From Nitrospirales bacterium (GTDB lineage: Bacteria > Nitrospirota > Nitrospiria > Nitrospirales > UBA8639), in contig CBDBCZ010000018.1 of assembly GCA_965203295.1 (NCBI GenBank), positions 1,472,001 through 1,536,000 of the forward strand: 64,000 bases of DNA. The letters run 5' to 3'. A program made the position numbers and the translations under genes. This document shows, piece after piece, positions 38,637 through 54,966 of the stretch (its first letter is position 1; each line of letters begins with the position of its first letter). The notes below the pieces were generated by a model. The model searched no databases, was not told the origin of the DNA, and worked only from the letters and a program-made list of their open reading frames with translations.

Positions 38637-39419
38637 TATTACAGCCATTGTCCGAGGGTGAATGCTTACTATAGAGATTCCACTATAGGTTTGGGTGGAT
38701 TAATTAAAATTGGAAGCCACGATAACTTTGTCCACTTGATGCTTACATAAAATGGGACAAAATAGTTATCTTAGGCTTCGCCCAGGATTCTACTACTTTA
38801 TGGACACAATCACATTCCAAACGTGGCAATAGAATTATTGTCAGTGGGCTATTCAAGAATTTCAAATTGTATTTTTCAGATCAACATTTTACCAACTGGT
38901 AGCAAAGAAAAATGGAGGTGCAATTTATGTGAGAAATAGTGACGTTAGCCTAACACAAAACATGTTTCAAAACAACTCTGCCTATCACGGAGGTACTCTA
39001 TATGCTCACGAGAGCAGCAGAATTATGGTAACAAACAACACGTTTCTGAACAACATTGCCAAGGAAGGAGGTGCCATCTACGTCAGAATAGCATTGCCAT
39101 CCTCACAGAGACAGCTAACGAAGGAGGCAGTCTTAATACTACAAATAGTATCCCAAACTTAACATTTTCAGAATAACCTCGCATATACTTATGGAACAAC
39201 TCTGCAAACAACAACACATTCAACAGCGAACTTACACCAACAGAAAACACATTTTAGAATAATACCGCTGATTACAGAGGTTCTCTTGATGTCAGAAGCT
39301 CTATGCTATCCCTCACAAGGAACACGTTTCAAAGAAACTCTGCTCATTTGATGGGTGGTACTCTTCAATCCGTTAACAGTAGCCTAAAGCTCATGAAGAA
39401 CATACTTCAAAATAATACT

Positions 39420-39666
39420 GACGCTGTAGCCTCTGCCGCTGCAGTCTACTCTGTGAGAGCATCCCTAAGCTAGCTGCACTGCAGCCACCGTGGCCACGTG
39501 AACAATCTGGAATATTACGGAAACTATTTGAAATGTTATATTGAACCGCAAAACAATATGCAGTATGTACGTACGCACGTACACACGCATGTACGTACAC
39601 CGTACGCACAGACAAATTCTCAATTGAACACACTAGTGCGGGGCTCGCTCATGCTCGCCCAATTAT
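39420..39666 (-). mobile_element. Helentron-like element end (second family); related piece at about 58045-58130
   Basis: GGGGCTCGCTCATGCTCGCCC hairpin next to a (GTAC)-type microsatellite; AAATTCTCAATTGAACACACTAGTG recurs inverted near 58050. Confidence 0.5.
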
Positions 39667-39757
39667 AAACATGCTGATAAGCTTCAACAGCTCCAAATAA
39701 GTGGAAGTGTTAACAATGTAGCTACAGAGAGTGGAGGAGGAGCTTATGTATCAAGTA

Positions 39758-40707
39758 ATCATGGAGTACGATAGTACTCCATATGTAGGGATGGCACGGC
39801 AAAAAAATGGCGGCCCCATATAACGCGTACAAAATCATACGTTCAGAACTCGGCTTTGATTATAGTCATAGGCTTTTATGAGCCATATTATGACATCTCG
39901 AGTGTTTTCATCAGCAACAAGACTGTTGGCGTTGCTAGAAACCTTCGCTGGAGTACCAGACGGGCAAGTCGACACAGTGGAGGGGAGGGGCGTAATCGTA
40001 CAATTCTTTCTTCTTTCTTCAGCCAGGCTAGCACGATAATGGCTGAAGCGATCACAATGATTCAAGCGTGAACAAGCTGGATATTCCCCGGGGTATTGCA
40101 CTCGGAGCATAGCTTATTCAAAAAAATCGAATGGATTCAGCAGTGATTTACGAGTACTCTTGAGTGGACGCTTGCCGTTCCACGCCATTTAATGACTACT
40201 GTTCCGTTCCGTCCCGAGTTTTAGTTACCGCCCCGTACTTCACGTGTTCGTCTATTTAACGCCCACCTTTGATCGTGCCAGCTGTCCGGGCCTGAGCTTC
40301 ATCTTCTGGGTGTATGTCACACGAAATCACACGAAAATTTAGCTATAATACACTTACTCACAAGGCTGATTATATGTTTGTTGGCCCTAGTCCAAACGGC
40401 TTCTGGCCAGAGATACTGTTTAAGAGTTGTAAGTTGTCTGCAACAAATTTGCCTTGTTCTCTGGGCCTTTCTGTTTGCCTTTGTTATGTTTCATGAGCCA
40501 CTTTTGTCTATGAATACTAGCACAAGCAGAAAAGCCTTGGAAAGGAGGTTTATCGCATCCGGACTACCCCTACCATCCGGAGCCCCCCTCGCTTACTCTA
40601 TTGGAGGGGGCAGTCAGCTATTCGTCTTTGTGACACTAGAAAATGCAATACATATAATTGTCCTCGAAGATAATTCATATAGAGTACGGTACTAGCTACT
40701 CCATAAT
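39758..40707 (+). mobile_element. Unclassified ~950-bp non-autonomous element with palindromic (hairpin) termini
   Basis: Left end ATCATGGAGTACGATAGTACTCCAT; right end ATAGAGTACGGTACTAGCTACTCCATAAT. The left end is also present at 28719-28848. Confidence 0.6.
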
Positions 40708-42859
40708 AAATGCTAGGGCAGCTCCCCTTGCTAGCTGTAATGCCGACCTTGACAAGAAAAGGGCAACCTCACATGCCAGTTACATAGCTGATCCTGACAC
40801 AGAGACCTTTCCCCCCATGCACATGCAGACGAAGGCCTTCTTGGTGCTGACTGGGGTACAAATCGAAACCTATACTACATGCAATCATCCTCAAACACAT
40901 TCCATCCCAACACTATCCCTATACCATACACAGTTACACCAACACATTTGTTACTACCTCCCAAAAAACACCCCAAAACAAGTTACAGAAAAAGCACTTT
41001 GCCAAAGTGCAAAAACAAGTTATGTAGGGATGCACTTCCACCAAAAAACACTTCCCCAAAAACCAATGAAACAAGCAACAGTGCACACCACAATGCATGC
41101 ACAGACTACCCACACATCACAGTGCAATGCATTTACCGCGTAGCTACCATCCCTACATCTTTCCAACCACACCCACCACAATCTGTACCATGCCCCCATA
41201 CTCAACAGCACACCGAATACTTCCTTTAACACACACAACCATCCACAATCATCATCAAGTTCATCAACCATGACACCTCGTCTCCATCCAACTTACTTCT
41301 TATATCCACAATCATCACATACTTTACAAAACATATCACCCTACACTACAACCAACCCAAACCTTCACAGGAGCACTACTCCCATCAAAATGCACTTCGC
41401 TCCACCATTCACCATTCACAAGTACAATTGAGCAGAGCAATTCCTCACAACACCACACTGCCACCTACACACACAACTAACACAACCCACATCAACCACC
41501 ATACAACGCACTCAACAAAGTTTCTACACTTTACCAAACGCACCCACATTGACCTCCTCTACAAAGAACCTGCACACACAAGTATCTCACAACACACTCA
41601 CAAACTTCATAACACTCCACCTGGCATAACCAAACACCCCCCAAGTCCCTATACAAACACCATATTTTATGACTACATCCTCAATGACTCACTAGTCCAC
41701 ATTCTACAGTTTCAGCTACCTTCCACAACCACCACATTCTCAGTCATTAGCATTGAGCAATACGCACACACCAAATTACACTACCACTCTTCACATCTCA
41801 CATATACGTATACATGGTTGTGGTGGGTGTGGTTGGAAAGATGTAGGGATGGTAGCTACGCGGTAAATGCATTGCGCTGTGATGTGTGGGTAGTCTGTGC
41901 ATGCAATGTGGTGTGCACTGTTGCTTGTTTCATTGGTTTTTGGGGAAGTGTTTTTTGGTGGAAGTGCATCCCTACATAACTTGTTTTTGCACTTTGGCAA
42001 AGTGCTTTTTGTAGTTAGCATTGAGCAAATGACAACTTTGTGGGAAATTCATTACAATGTGGTGGGTTATTACTGATCACTGCAAGACTCCACATTAAAC
42101 CTTTAAAACTAACTGCAATCATCCATTTTATGAAATATGTTGCAAGACAAAATGGAGGAGCAATGAAAGTCCAAGAAAGCAACCCTTTGAATTCTACTGC
42201 TGACCTATCCTGTGAATTCTTGACTGGAAGTGACTACTTCCAACGGTAAGCAGGTATAATGACAGCACTAACATTTCACAGATCCATGAACTAGAAAATG
42301 TAAGTCTCTACATTTTAAGAGCAATAGCACTGCAGTAGCAGGTGATACTTTATATGGTGGATCAGTTGACAACTGTAGTTTGAGACTTCTGCATATTCAA
42401 CAATGGAATTTTTCCCGTACCAATATTCCAGAAGTGGAGAAATATTCAACCACATAATTATAAGTCCGATTTGACATATCTTCAGCCCCACTGTATGTGT
42501 GCATGTGCAATCACAGTAAAACAGACTGCAGTGTTCTCTCCTTCACAAGGTCAGTGTATCTCGGAGGGAGAGTGAACATTTCCGTGATTGCATATGGACA
42601 AAGAAACGGAAAGACTCCTGCTGTAATACACAACATAACACCCATGGGTACGATCACGATTGATGATCATGAAACACTCAAAGTACCACACTCAGTTGTA
42701 CTTTTCTCAACTATACAGTGCAGACTCGTGCAGTAGGAACCACTCAAGTAGTGATCAAAGGTTCTATAATTGAAGAATATATGCACCACTTCAGAAAGAT
42801 AATAATGTCTCACCAAGTCCTGGATATATGAGGCTACAATAAGGACAGAATAATATTAT

Positions 42860-45800
42860 GCTAAACAATAGGGGTACGGAGATCCAGACGTATACTACAG
42901 AAATGATCCTAGTGAGTATAGTCTCACCCATGGATAGCAGGGGTGTTAGTGTTGGGGTGGTTAGAAAGATTTCTAGCTGTTTAAGGAAGATAGGCTGTAG
43001 ATGTGTTTTGGATGAGTCAGTGAAATGGGAGTTCATGCCGTCACAGTTGAAGTATTCAAATAAGTTTTGTGGGTTACCATCTGGTATAGAAGGTACTGCT
43101 GATTCGGAGGATGATGTTGAAGAGTATAGTGAAGGTCATAGGAAATCTGTTGTAGATATGAAAGCCAGGTTAGGGTAGCTGAGAGGGGAGAAAGGGAGGT
43201 TCGAGTAGCCACCTGGAATTTTACTCTGTAGTCAGCGTAAACAAAAGGAGGTTGCTGGGGCTCTAGAGAAAAACAACATAGATGTTTGTGCAGGCCAGGA
43301 GTCATCTACAATTTCTGTAGAATGGTACAAATGGTTCGGGAAGCCTAAGCAAGGTTATTCTGAGAGTAGGAGAGGAGAGGGAGGAGTGGGATTCTTGGTA
43401 AAGGAGGGCTTAGCCAGTGGAATAGAGCTTATTAAGGATGGAGTTATAAAGAAAGCACGTAGATTAATATCAAAGGAGAGAGAGGCAGGAATACTTTGTT
43501 TTTCGGTTGTCTTTACCACAATGCCCACAGATAGTGAAAATGTTTCCTTTATTGAAAGTAGTTACAGTGCAATGAAAGAGCATGTGCTTTGCATGAAGGA
43601 GAGGGGTCAGGTTGTGCTTGTAGTTTATTTTAATACCAGAGTGGGAAAATCTTTCGAATTGGATGATGTAATGGTGAAGGAAAATGTAATGCAGTGGTAA
43701 CAGGTTGATTTCCTTCTTGAATGAGGTTGAGCTTGAAGTCTGTAATGGCCGTGAGTTCACTGTGGAACCACAGTGAACTAGAGCTGGACCTCTGAAGCAG
43801 AAGTTTATCATTGATTATATATAGTTACTGATTTCAACTTGTTGCAGGTTTCAGGGAGTGTGCATGTAGATACAACGGATATAGGAAAATCGGATCACTT
43901 TCTGGTATGGATGGAATTGGGTAGGACTGTAAAAACCACGGGTTATTAAGGAATGGCGCATTGAACGGTTTCAGGACGAGGAAGGGAGACAGAAGTATCA
44001 GGAAGCCCTAAGTGGAGAAGTAGATGGGTTTCAAAAAAGGGTACGCCAATGGAAAACGCAGGGGATGAGGGGATCAGAATTAGTGAAGGCAGTGGTTCAG
44101 GATTGGGGAGATACGGTGAAGAGGGTAGCATCAAAAGAAATTGTGGAAAAGGTGATAGTGTGTGGCAAAGCGGCGAGGTGGTGGGATGGTGAGATTAAAG
44201 AGAAGATTAGGTTGAGGAGACAGGTGTATAAGGAGATTAGCAGTGGCAGGAAGATAAATGGGGGGGAGTATTACAAATTACGTTCCGAATCAAGGAATTG
44301 GTACGTTAAAAAAATTTGATGGATGGAATGAGGTGATTGAAAAGGCTAATAAAGATTTTCATGAAAACAGGAAAGAGTTTTGGGCATTTTTTGGCAAGAC
44401 TTCAAAAGGTAGCCGTAAGGGTATTGCCTGTTTGAGGAGTACTTCAGGCTCATGTGTAACCAGTATAAGGGAAAGTTGGAAGTATTACGTGAGCATTATG
44501 AAAGGTTGGGTACAGCATTATTGGATGATCAGTTTGATGATAGCTGGAAAGAGCATATAGATAAGAAAATGACAGAGTACATGTGTATAGTGAAATGTCT
44601 AGTTTGCAGAAGGATAAGGTTTTGGATAGAGGGATTAGTTATGCACAAATTAAAAAGTGTTCTGAAAGCCTAAAGAATAATAAAACATGAGGTAATGGTG
44701 GGCTAGTTGGGGAACTTTTTATGTACGGTGGCAAAGAGATGGCTAATGATAAATCTGTTGAAAGTCTAATATGGGGTAGTTTGGACAGAGGAGAGTATTC
44801 CTAAACAATGGAGACAAGGGTTAATTGTTAGCTTGTATAAGAAAGGTGATGCTGAGGACCCGGGTAATCACAGAAACTTTACGCTATTGAATGTGGTAGG
44901 AAAGCTGTTTTGCAAGATTCTAAATAATCGCTTAGTAAGAATCAGAAAGGGCTCTCCCTGAGGTTCAGGTAGGATTTAGAGAGAGAAGGAGTTGTGTTGA
45001 TAACATCTCTACTCTAAATGAAATTGTACAAGGTAGAATGAGGGAAGGAAAGCACTTACGCTTTTTTCTTAGATGTTCAGAAAGCATTTCACACAGTTTG
45101 GCATGATGGTTTATGGTTTATGGTTTAAGTTACGGGAACTAGGGATTAGGGGTAGGATGTGTATGACATCACACAGAGTGCTGTTTTACTGGAGGGAGAT
45201 ATATCTGAGCCATTCAATATAGGTCAGGGGTGGTACAGGGTTGTAGTACGTATGTTGCCTATCCTCTTTTCCATTTCTATTAATCAGTTGTTAGATGAGG
45301 TTGAGAAGGCTGGGATTGGCATTACTGTTGAGAAGGATGTTAAGGTTGGGGGTCTTATGTTTGCTGATGATTATGTAGGTTTAACTACTAATGCTGAAGA
45401 CTTACAAGCCTTGATTAATGCAGTGCAGGGATTTTGTAATAAATGGAGGTTGAAATCTAACATAAAAAAGAGCGCTGTTGTGGTATTTTCTAAAGAGGTT
45501 AATACAGGGGCATGTACATGGAAGTGGGGAAATAAAGACATTCCAGAGGTTGTAAGTTACTGTTACTTGGGGATTGAATTTGCTAATAATGGTTCATGGG
45601 ATAGTCATGTACAAAAGGTAATAAATAGTGGAAAGAAAAAACTGAATCAATTACACAGGTTTTTAAGTAATAGGAATATCAGTAGAGCTGCAAGAAGTGT
45701 CGGTACTTCGCCCTACTTTAGAATGTGGTAGTGAAGTGTAAGCTTGTAATAAACGGCAAATAGCTTTTTGGAGTCTATTAGGATCAGCTAAAAAGATACT

Positions 45801-46325
45801 TGGCTGCTCTTCTAAAGCGTGTAATGAAGCAGTAAGGAGGGATATGGGGTCAGAATCTTTGAAAGGCAGAAGGGATAGATGCAAACATTAAGTGGTGGTA
45901 TAAAGTCAATCATTTGGATGCTGAGAGATATCCTAGACTACTACTAGACAGTGACTGGGAAGTGAAGCCACATAGAGGTAGGCAGAGGAAGACCTGGAGG
46001 AAAAGTAATTAGTGAATTGTTGCTGCAACTAAATTTAGACAGTCAGGAACTACTAGCTGAAGATTATAATGTAAACTTGTTTTCAGAGAGAGTAGATGAA
46101 GCATTGAGATACAGAGAATATACAGACTTTAATGATGGCTTAAGTTAAACTGAGTCTTTACAAGTCTTTTTGTAAGGAAATAGAATTAATTGCAGTGGGT
46201 TGGGGATCTAGGAACACGATAGATGTTTAAGTTTAGATCTGGTACTAATGGCCTGAATGAAGAATTAGGAAGATATATAGGGTGAAAATGATGATAGGCA
46301 GTGTAAGTTATGTTGGGGAAAATGT
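42860..46325 (+). mobile_element. Decayed non-LTR retrotransposon (APE endonuclease, RT and C-terminal CxxC; RTE/RTEX- or CR1-group)
   Basis: RVATWNF, GGVGFLVK, FNTRVG, IDYI and SDHFLV (APE); DPGN.R..TLLNVVGKLF, Q.GFR..RSC.DNI, FLDVQKAF..VWH.GL, LMFADD and YLGI (RT); FRSGTNGLNEELGR..RQCKLC. Many frameshifts. Confidence 0.92.
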
Positions 46326-46329
46326 GACT

Positions 46330-48940
46330 ACTATCCACTACTCCCTCATTTTGGCCAACACAGAGGAGACTCCATCGGCTCCAACAGCCCAGATCCACCA
46401 CCCCCAGCCAATAAGCTACACAAGTGGAGGGGAACCATAACTGATGGGACGAGCATCGCTCATCACAATGGCTAAGGCTGACCACCACAAGGCCAACCAA
46501 CATACCCACTTTCTTACCCACTGCTGACAAAACATCATTTATCCCCAAACCCAAACATACCTCCCAAAGTGATTTCGTTAGGGATATCAATAAATTAGCA
46601 TCTACTGTGTAACTACAATACGAGAAGTTTGGCCAAACTAAAACACCTAGGTCTAAGTTCCGTAGACCAGGGAGCTACGCAGCCCCACCAACCAGGAAAC
46701 TGAAAATAGACGATTTTGTTGTTAAAAGTCAGATTCCAACTAAGGGCTATTGAATACACTCAGAGTAGTAGAAACACGACCTCAACAGTATTGGTACACT
46801 TTTAGATGTGGTACTACAGAATATATAACATAATGGATTTCATGATCACTTTTACTTCCGTCACTTTTATGGGTATTTCAGTGCCTTGTAAATGGCCCCA
46901 ACACATGCAAACATCTTCATGGGTAACTTAGAAACTAGACTCTTAGAGAAAGGAGGGGGAAAGATCCTCCTATGGAAGAGATTTCTTGATGTATTCATCA
47001 TCTGGACTGGCTCCCAGGAGGAATTTGTTGACACAACAGCAACTATCAATTTCAACCTACTAACAAGCAATTATGTGTACGCCACGTCATTTCACCCCCC
47101 TAAAGCTGGTAAATCCATTAAAATAGAGGAGACTACTAGGGATATCTACAAACTAATTCTAATGAATCTAACTTTACAACAAGGATCGACCAATTTCCTA
47201 GTAAACTAGGATAATCTCTCCATAGCCCAAACACATACACCAGCAATAAAGTTTACCGACAGATCAGATAAGCATAAACCGAAAACAATCTCTGAAATGA
47301 GTCGCTCACTAGTCTTCACAACCATCTACTGTGATAGGATACCCAACATAAAGGGGGTCCTAGATAGCAATTGGAGTGAGTTATATCCTAATTCAAAGAA
47401 ATCTTTCCCAAACCTCCAGTGATCGCTTTCAAAAGAACCGATCACTCAGAAACAAACTAGTAAGAGCGAAATCCTAGTGTTTGTTTTAGTTAGCTCAAAC
47501 TAAAAACAAAGTGTTTTAGTAGAAGCTAAAACAGTTTTAGTTAACTAAACATCAAGGGCACTGGCCCCTGGGATTAAACTACCTAATATTTTTTCACCAA
47601 AATGTTTTAGTAACCCTTTTTTCTTTTTAGTTGAGTAACTGAAACCAAAACTAAATTTTGTTCTTCACTAGCTTTTGTAATGTAATTAGGTGAAGCCATA
47701 CTAAAACAACACTACTAAATCTGTGACCATAATATGTGCGCTATTAGCAGTAGAACCCTCCAACGGCCTCCAACATAACCCACATATAAAAAGTACGATG
47801 GTCAGTCAAACACACTACACCCGCAAAAAGCCTCCCAGAGACAAACATATCAAACATGGTCTAACACATCTTGCAGATCGTATAAATCTACAAACCACGT
47901 GGTATAGACATTATACCTGAATTAAAAACAAGGATCTCAGCCCGATTGGAATATCTTTATACCACTGGCATGCTAGACAAAAACATTGCCTTCACCCAAC
48001 CAAACCAAGAACCGAGAACCAAGAACATCTAGAATCAACTTTCTGAAAAAAATTCACAAAAATCCCATGGGTATTGGACCCATTGTGTCTAGCGTCGGCA
48101 GCGTCACAGAAAGCTTATCACAGTTTGTTGACAAACGGCTACAACCTCTAATAAAGGGACTCCCTTCAAATGCAAGGATACAATGGATTTCATGACGTTT
48201 CTATTATTTAGATTGGAACAGAAGATGAATTCATCCAATTCATGGCTAGGATTGACACTGTCTACCATACAATTAAGTTCCCTTATGAAAATGAAATCAT
48301 ATTTATCGACACCACCATTTATATATAAAGGCAAAAGATTTGCCGAAATGGGAATCTTTGATATCAAACACCTATCAAGAAAGCCAATAAACAACTCTAT
48401 GTTCATGCTTCCTCTTATCACGCTCCTGCACCAAGCAAAGCAATACATAAGGCAAATTACAACCCCCCTACACATCCGAATTAACCAGCATCTCCAAATT
48501 TAGTGATAATGTCTTCGAGATCAGAGAGATTCTATGAAGAAACTGGCAGGCACTCCATTAAGGATGCCATACTAAGAACCATCTTCCCCGAGGAGCTGCT
48601 TATAAAAATAATCCCTCAATAAGGAACAAACTAGTCAGTCACAGACTGAACAAACAGAAGAATCGACCAAATCCACCGACACCGTCACACAAACCCAAAA
48701 AATTGAACTTACTTCGAATCCAGGGAATTCAAACACAGAATTCTATATGGGAAAGGAACCGCCAATCTTCTGCCAGCAAAGGCAATTACCATTAAAAAGT
48801 TTCCAGCAAAGGAAAATGTTAAATGCTGCTTTGATAAGCAACGCTTAACCTGCCACAGACTAGTACATACCAGTGACTTTGTAAAAAGCAACGTTAATAA
48901 ACGGTACTTTCCTATCAGAACATGGAAAAACCCCATCACA
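46330..48940 (+). mobile_element. Penelope-like element fragments (RT and GIY-YIG), rearranged
   Basis: MAPTHANIFMGNLE..LLWKRFLD.FIIW (46892 onward), PRTSRINFLKKIHK..PIVSSVGSVTESLSQFVD..LQPLI..LPS (47986 onward), and a GIY-YIG-like QYIRQITTPLHIRINQH. Confidence 0.85.
47475..47714. mobile_element. hAT-like MITE
   Basis: TAGTGTTTGTTTTAGT...ACTAAAACAACACTA TIRs with imperfect 8-bp flanks CGAAATCC/CTAAATCT. Confidence 0.5.
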
Positions 48941-49765
48941 TGCAACAAGACTGACATTTCATGTCTGAAAAACCAGCGGGGCACTTTTGCCGCACAAAAA
49001 GTTACACACAACTCAGCTTAGGCCAAGCTAACTGCAGCTGCAGAACTACGAATTACAGTAACTATACTACAGTATAGTCATGTTCCCAGACCTACAAATT
49101 ATAGGCATCCTGTAGACAACGCAGTACAGCGAAAGTGCTGACTCAGCAGTTTTGTCGTGCGCTTCTAGTTAGTAGCTATACGCCACTAAAACAGGATTTT
49201 TACGGCTCCTACCAAGTTTTCGCCATCTAGGCAACACATAACTACCTTCATTTGCTGTAGCTTGGCCTGCAAACCTCCAAAAGCTGCTATATACTGCAGT
49301 TGCATAGTAACGTATGACGTAACATATTGCGCACGTGATAAGTGTGGACGCACGAACAGACAAACAGACAAACAAGCAAACAAACATGGAAAACGTAAAG
49401 CAATCTTAGGACCAGCCGTTCGCGCGCTGCGCGCGCTCTGGCTGGTAAAAATGATGCAAGAGCAACAGAGTTGTCTACTTATTGCAATGCAGAAAGTTCA
49501 GTAAACAATAAGTCGGACAAACTACCCAACCACTACATATTCCACAATATACAACAGTATTTGAGCGTGAACGCACATGTTTCCACAAGCAGGCTGGGTT
49601 TGGAAATTGCTACCACTGACCTACCACACTCTGAGCTCAAAAAATGCTGCATCTACTTTGATTACTAAACCTCACTCTCTCTATCTCACCAGTAGTCACG
49701 GTGGGATTCAAACCACCAACCCTTGGGTTGTGAGTCCAGTGCTCTAACTACTACACCACCGCGAC

Positions 49766-49798
<33 letters not shown>

Positions 49799-49897
49799 AC
49801 TGCGTACAGTTTATGCGGCTGACAAAGCCGTCTCTAATGACGTCGGTTCCAGTGCTGGGAGAGCCATGGAGCATACTGGGTGAGTACAGTCAGTATA

Positions 49898-51087
<1,190 letters not shown>

Positions 51088-51434
51088 TTACTACCACTGT
51101 CCCCACAGATATAAATCACTCTATAGACACATAGGTACATGTACACATCACTAATTAACCACAAAGATTACATCACAGACCCACAAGGTCAGCATGACAT
51201 AAGTTGAAATACATTAAAGAGCACATGTCATGTCCACTACACATGGAAAAATCACTGTGGTTATATAAGTACTTTGATTCTGCAAGAAACAATGCGAATG
51301 TAGCTAGGTCTGCATAGTATACATACGTGAATTTAGTCACAGGAAATTACAAAAGTGATCGAGTGTCAGTGTAATAAATTGCCCTACTTGGTACCGTTTG
51401 ATAAACATCTGTGTGATTTCTGTTGGTTGATCGA

Positions 51435-52030
51435 CATGAAGACAGCACGTACATACCAAAACCTTCTAACAACACTGTGTAAGTGATTAAGTTTTTTTCC
51501 TTTCACAATCACAATCTGTACATGTCTATCCAATGAACCATTATTAACAAATTCAATCCCCAAGAAACTGTAACTTGCAACCCTTGGAATGTCTTTATCT
51601 CCCCACTTCCGTGTAAATGTACCTGTATCAACCTCTTTGGAAAATACCATAACAGCACTCTCCTTTACAAAATTCCTGTACTATATTAATCAACGTTTGT
51701 AAGTCCTCAGTATTTGTAATTAAACCTACAAAATTATCAGCAAACATTAGACCCCCAACATATAACATCAGTCTTAATAGTTTTGCCAATCCCAGCCTTT
51801 GTGATCTCATCTAACAACTGATTGGAAAATACATGCAGGATAGGAGACATATTACAACCCGTACCACCCGACCTATATTGGATGATTTGGATTTTAATCC
51901 CTCCAGTAAAACAGCACTCTGTGCGATGTCATACATAGTCTTAATAATTATCTCTCCACATCCTACCTCTATCACCAAGTTCCCATAAGTTATTATGCCA
52001 AACTGTGACAAATGCTTTCTGAACAACTAA
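51435..52030 (-). mobile_element. LINE RT fragment duplicated from the 31510-32040 region
   Basis: Near-identical to 31510-32040; FADN motif. Confidence 0.85.
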
Positions 52031-52149
52031 CAAGAAAGTGTAAGTGTGTTTTCCCTTCACTAATTGTGCCTTCTATTAATTCATTTCCAGAAAAAATGAT
52101 ATCAAAACAACTCCTTTTGAAACTCTCTAAATTCTCTGAACCTATAGAG

Positions 52150-52264
52150 CGTTTTCCCAGTACTGGACAGGTGAACCTAGAACCTTTTCCCAGTACTGGA
52201 CTGGGGAGCCTAGAACCTTTTCCCAGTACTGGACTGGGGAACCTAGAACCTTTTTCCAGTATTG
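52150..52264. repeat. 33-bp minisatellite, ~3.5 copies
   Basis: TTTTCCCAGTACTGGACTGGGGARCCTAGAACC repeated. Confidence 0.9.
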
Positions 52265-52932
52265 GCCCAGATCCACCACCCCCAGCCAATAAGCTACACA
52301 AGTGGAGGGGAACCATAACTGATGGGACGAGCATCGCTCATCACAATGGCTAAGGCTGACCACCACAAGGCCAACCAACATACCCACTTTCTTACCCACT
52401 GCTGACAAAACATCATTTATCCCTAAACCCAAACATACCTCCCAAAGTGATTTCGTTAGGGATATCAATAAATTAGCATCTACTGTGTGACTACAATACA
52501 AGAAGTTTGGCCAACTAACTAGGTGGTACTACAGAATATATAACATAATGGATTTCATGATCACTTTTACTTCCGTCACTTTTATGGGTATTTCAGTGCC
52601 TTGTAAATGGCCCCAACACATGCAAACATCTTCATGGGTAACTTAGAAACTAGACTCTTAGAGAAAGGAGGGGGAAAGATCCTCCTATGGAAGAGATTTC
52701 TTGATGTATTCATCATCTGGACTGGCTCCCAGGAGGAATTCATTGACACAACAGCAACTATCAATTTCAACCTACTAACAAGCAATTATGTGCACACCAC
52801 GTCATTTCACCCCCCTAAAGCTGGTAAATCCATTAAAATAGAGGAGACTACTAGGGATATCTACAAACTAATTCTAATGAATCTAAGTTTACAGCAATGA
52901 TCGACCAATTTCCTAGTAAACTAGGATAATCT
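52265..52932 (+). mobile_element. Duplicated Penelope fragment (copy of about 46387-47218 with an internal deletion)
   Basis: Near-identical sequence; MAPTHANIFMGNLE ORF at 52607. Confidence 0.85.
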
Positions 52933-53848
52933 GATGTACAAGAGAAACAGGAAAGGGCCTAAAGCATCTTTGAGCATGGTTACAACTACAACATGAACAA
53001 TGGCTAATCATTGATATATCTCTAACAGACGTACATGTATGTACATGTGGATCGACAAATGTGACCTGCTGTGTAACAACCAGTACTTTCGAATAAGTCA
53101 ATTTTATGATACGTAACTATGCACAAACTAACTGAAATGTGAGTAGTTTTATGTGTGGCATTGCTGCCATGACAATACATACCAATTTTAGTACATGCAT
53201 GTATTGCTACACTATTGACCCAGACATGAATTTCATGCCATAGACTTTGCAGTATTCGCAATCACGACAATGTTATGAAAATTGCAGTGCTACATGTACC
53301 AAAAGCAACTTGTACTGTACCAATCCATTCTCACTACTGTTGATGACAATTGTCCAAGTGCTGGATTTTCACACAGCAGGTCACATAGAACTTCTCCACA
53401 GTAATATGTGTACGTTACACAGGAGGAAAAGAAAATTATATATCCTTACATATCTCTCTTCAGAGTGTAGTTTAATCTTACTCGAAATTGTGTGGTAGTG
53501 CTAGCAGTTCCCCAGATGCAAAGGCTGGTAAACCACGAGGGGTCCTTATGTCCGCTTCCATTTCATCTTGCACTGCTGTACCTACATGTAAGTACATGCA
53601 CAGGCACAGCAATGTTAAAAAACAGATGTACTCAGATATACGTACATGTGGAAAACAAGCAAGAAACTTATCTTCAGAACTACATAACTGGCCGAGTAAG
53701 AGAGGCTAGTACTGAAAATGTCATAGTTTGTAATTAGGGTGGATTTATCAAGCTCCTTCTTGAGCTTACATGTACATGTACTACAGTATTGCTGATCAAC
53801 GTGCGATGAACGCTGTTAGATTAATTGTTAAGAAAATGAATTATGTAT

Positions 53849-54966
<1,118 letters not shown>

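Larger units (their letters stand above)
38740..42760 (+). pseudogene. Pmp-like right-handed beta-helix (GGAI/FxxN repeat) protein relic, split by insertions (coding pieces at about 38740-39420 and 42020-42760)
   Basis: NGGAIYVRNS..FQNNSAYHGGTLY..FLNNIAKEGGAIY; later AGDTLYGGSVDNC, ISSAPLYVCMC and SVYLGG..ISVIAYGQRNG. Many frameshifts and stops. Confidence 0.75.
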
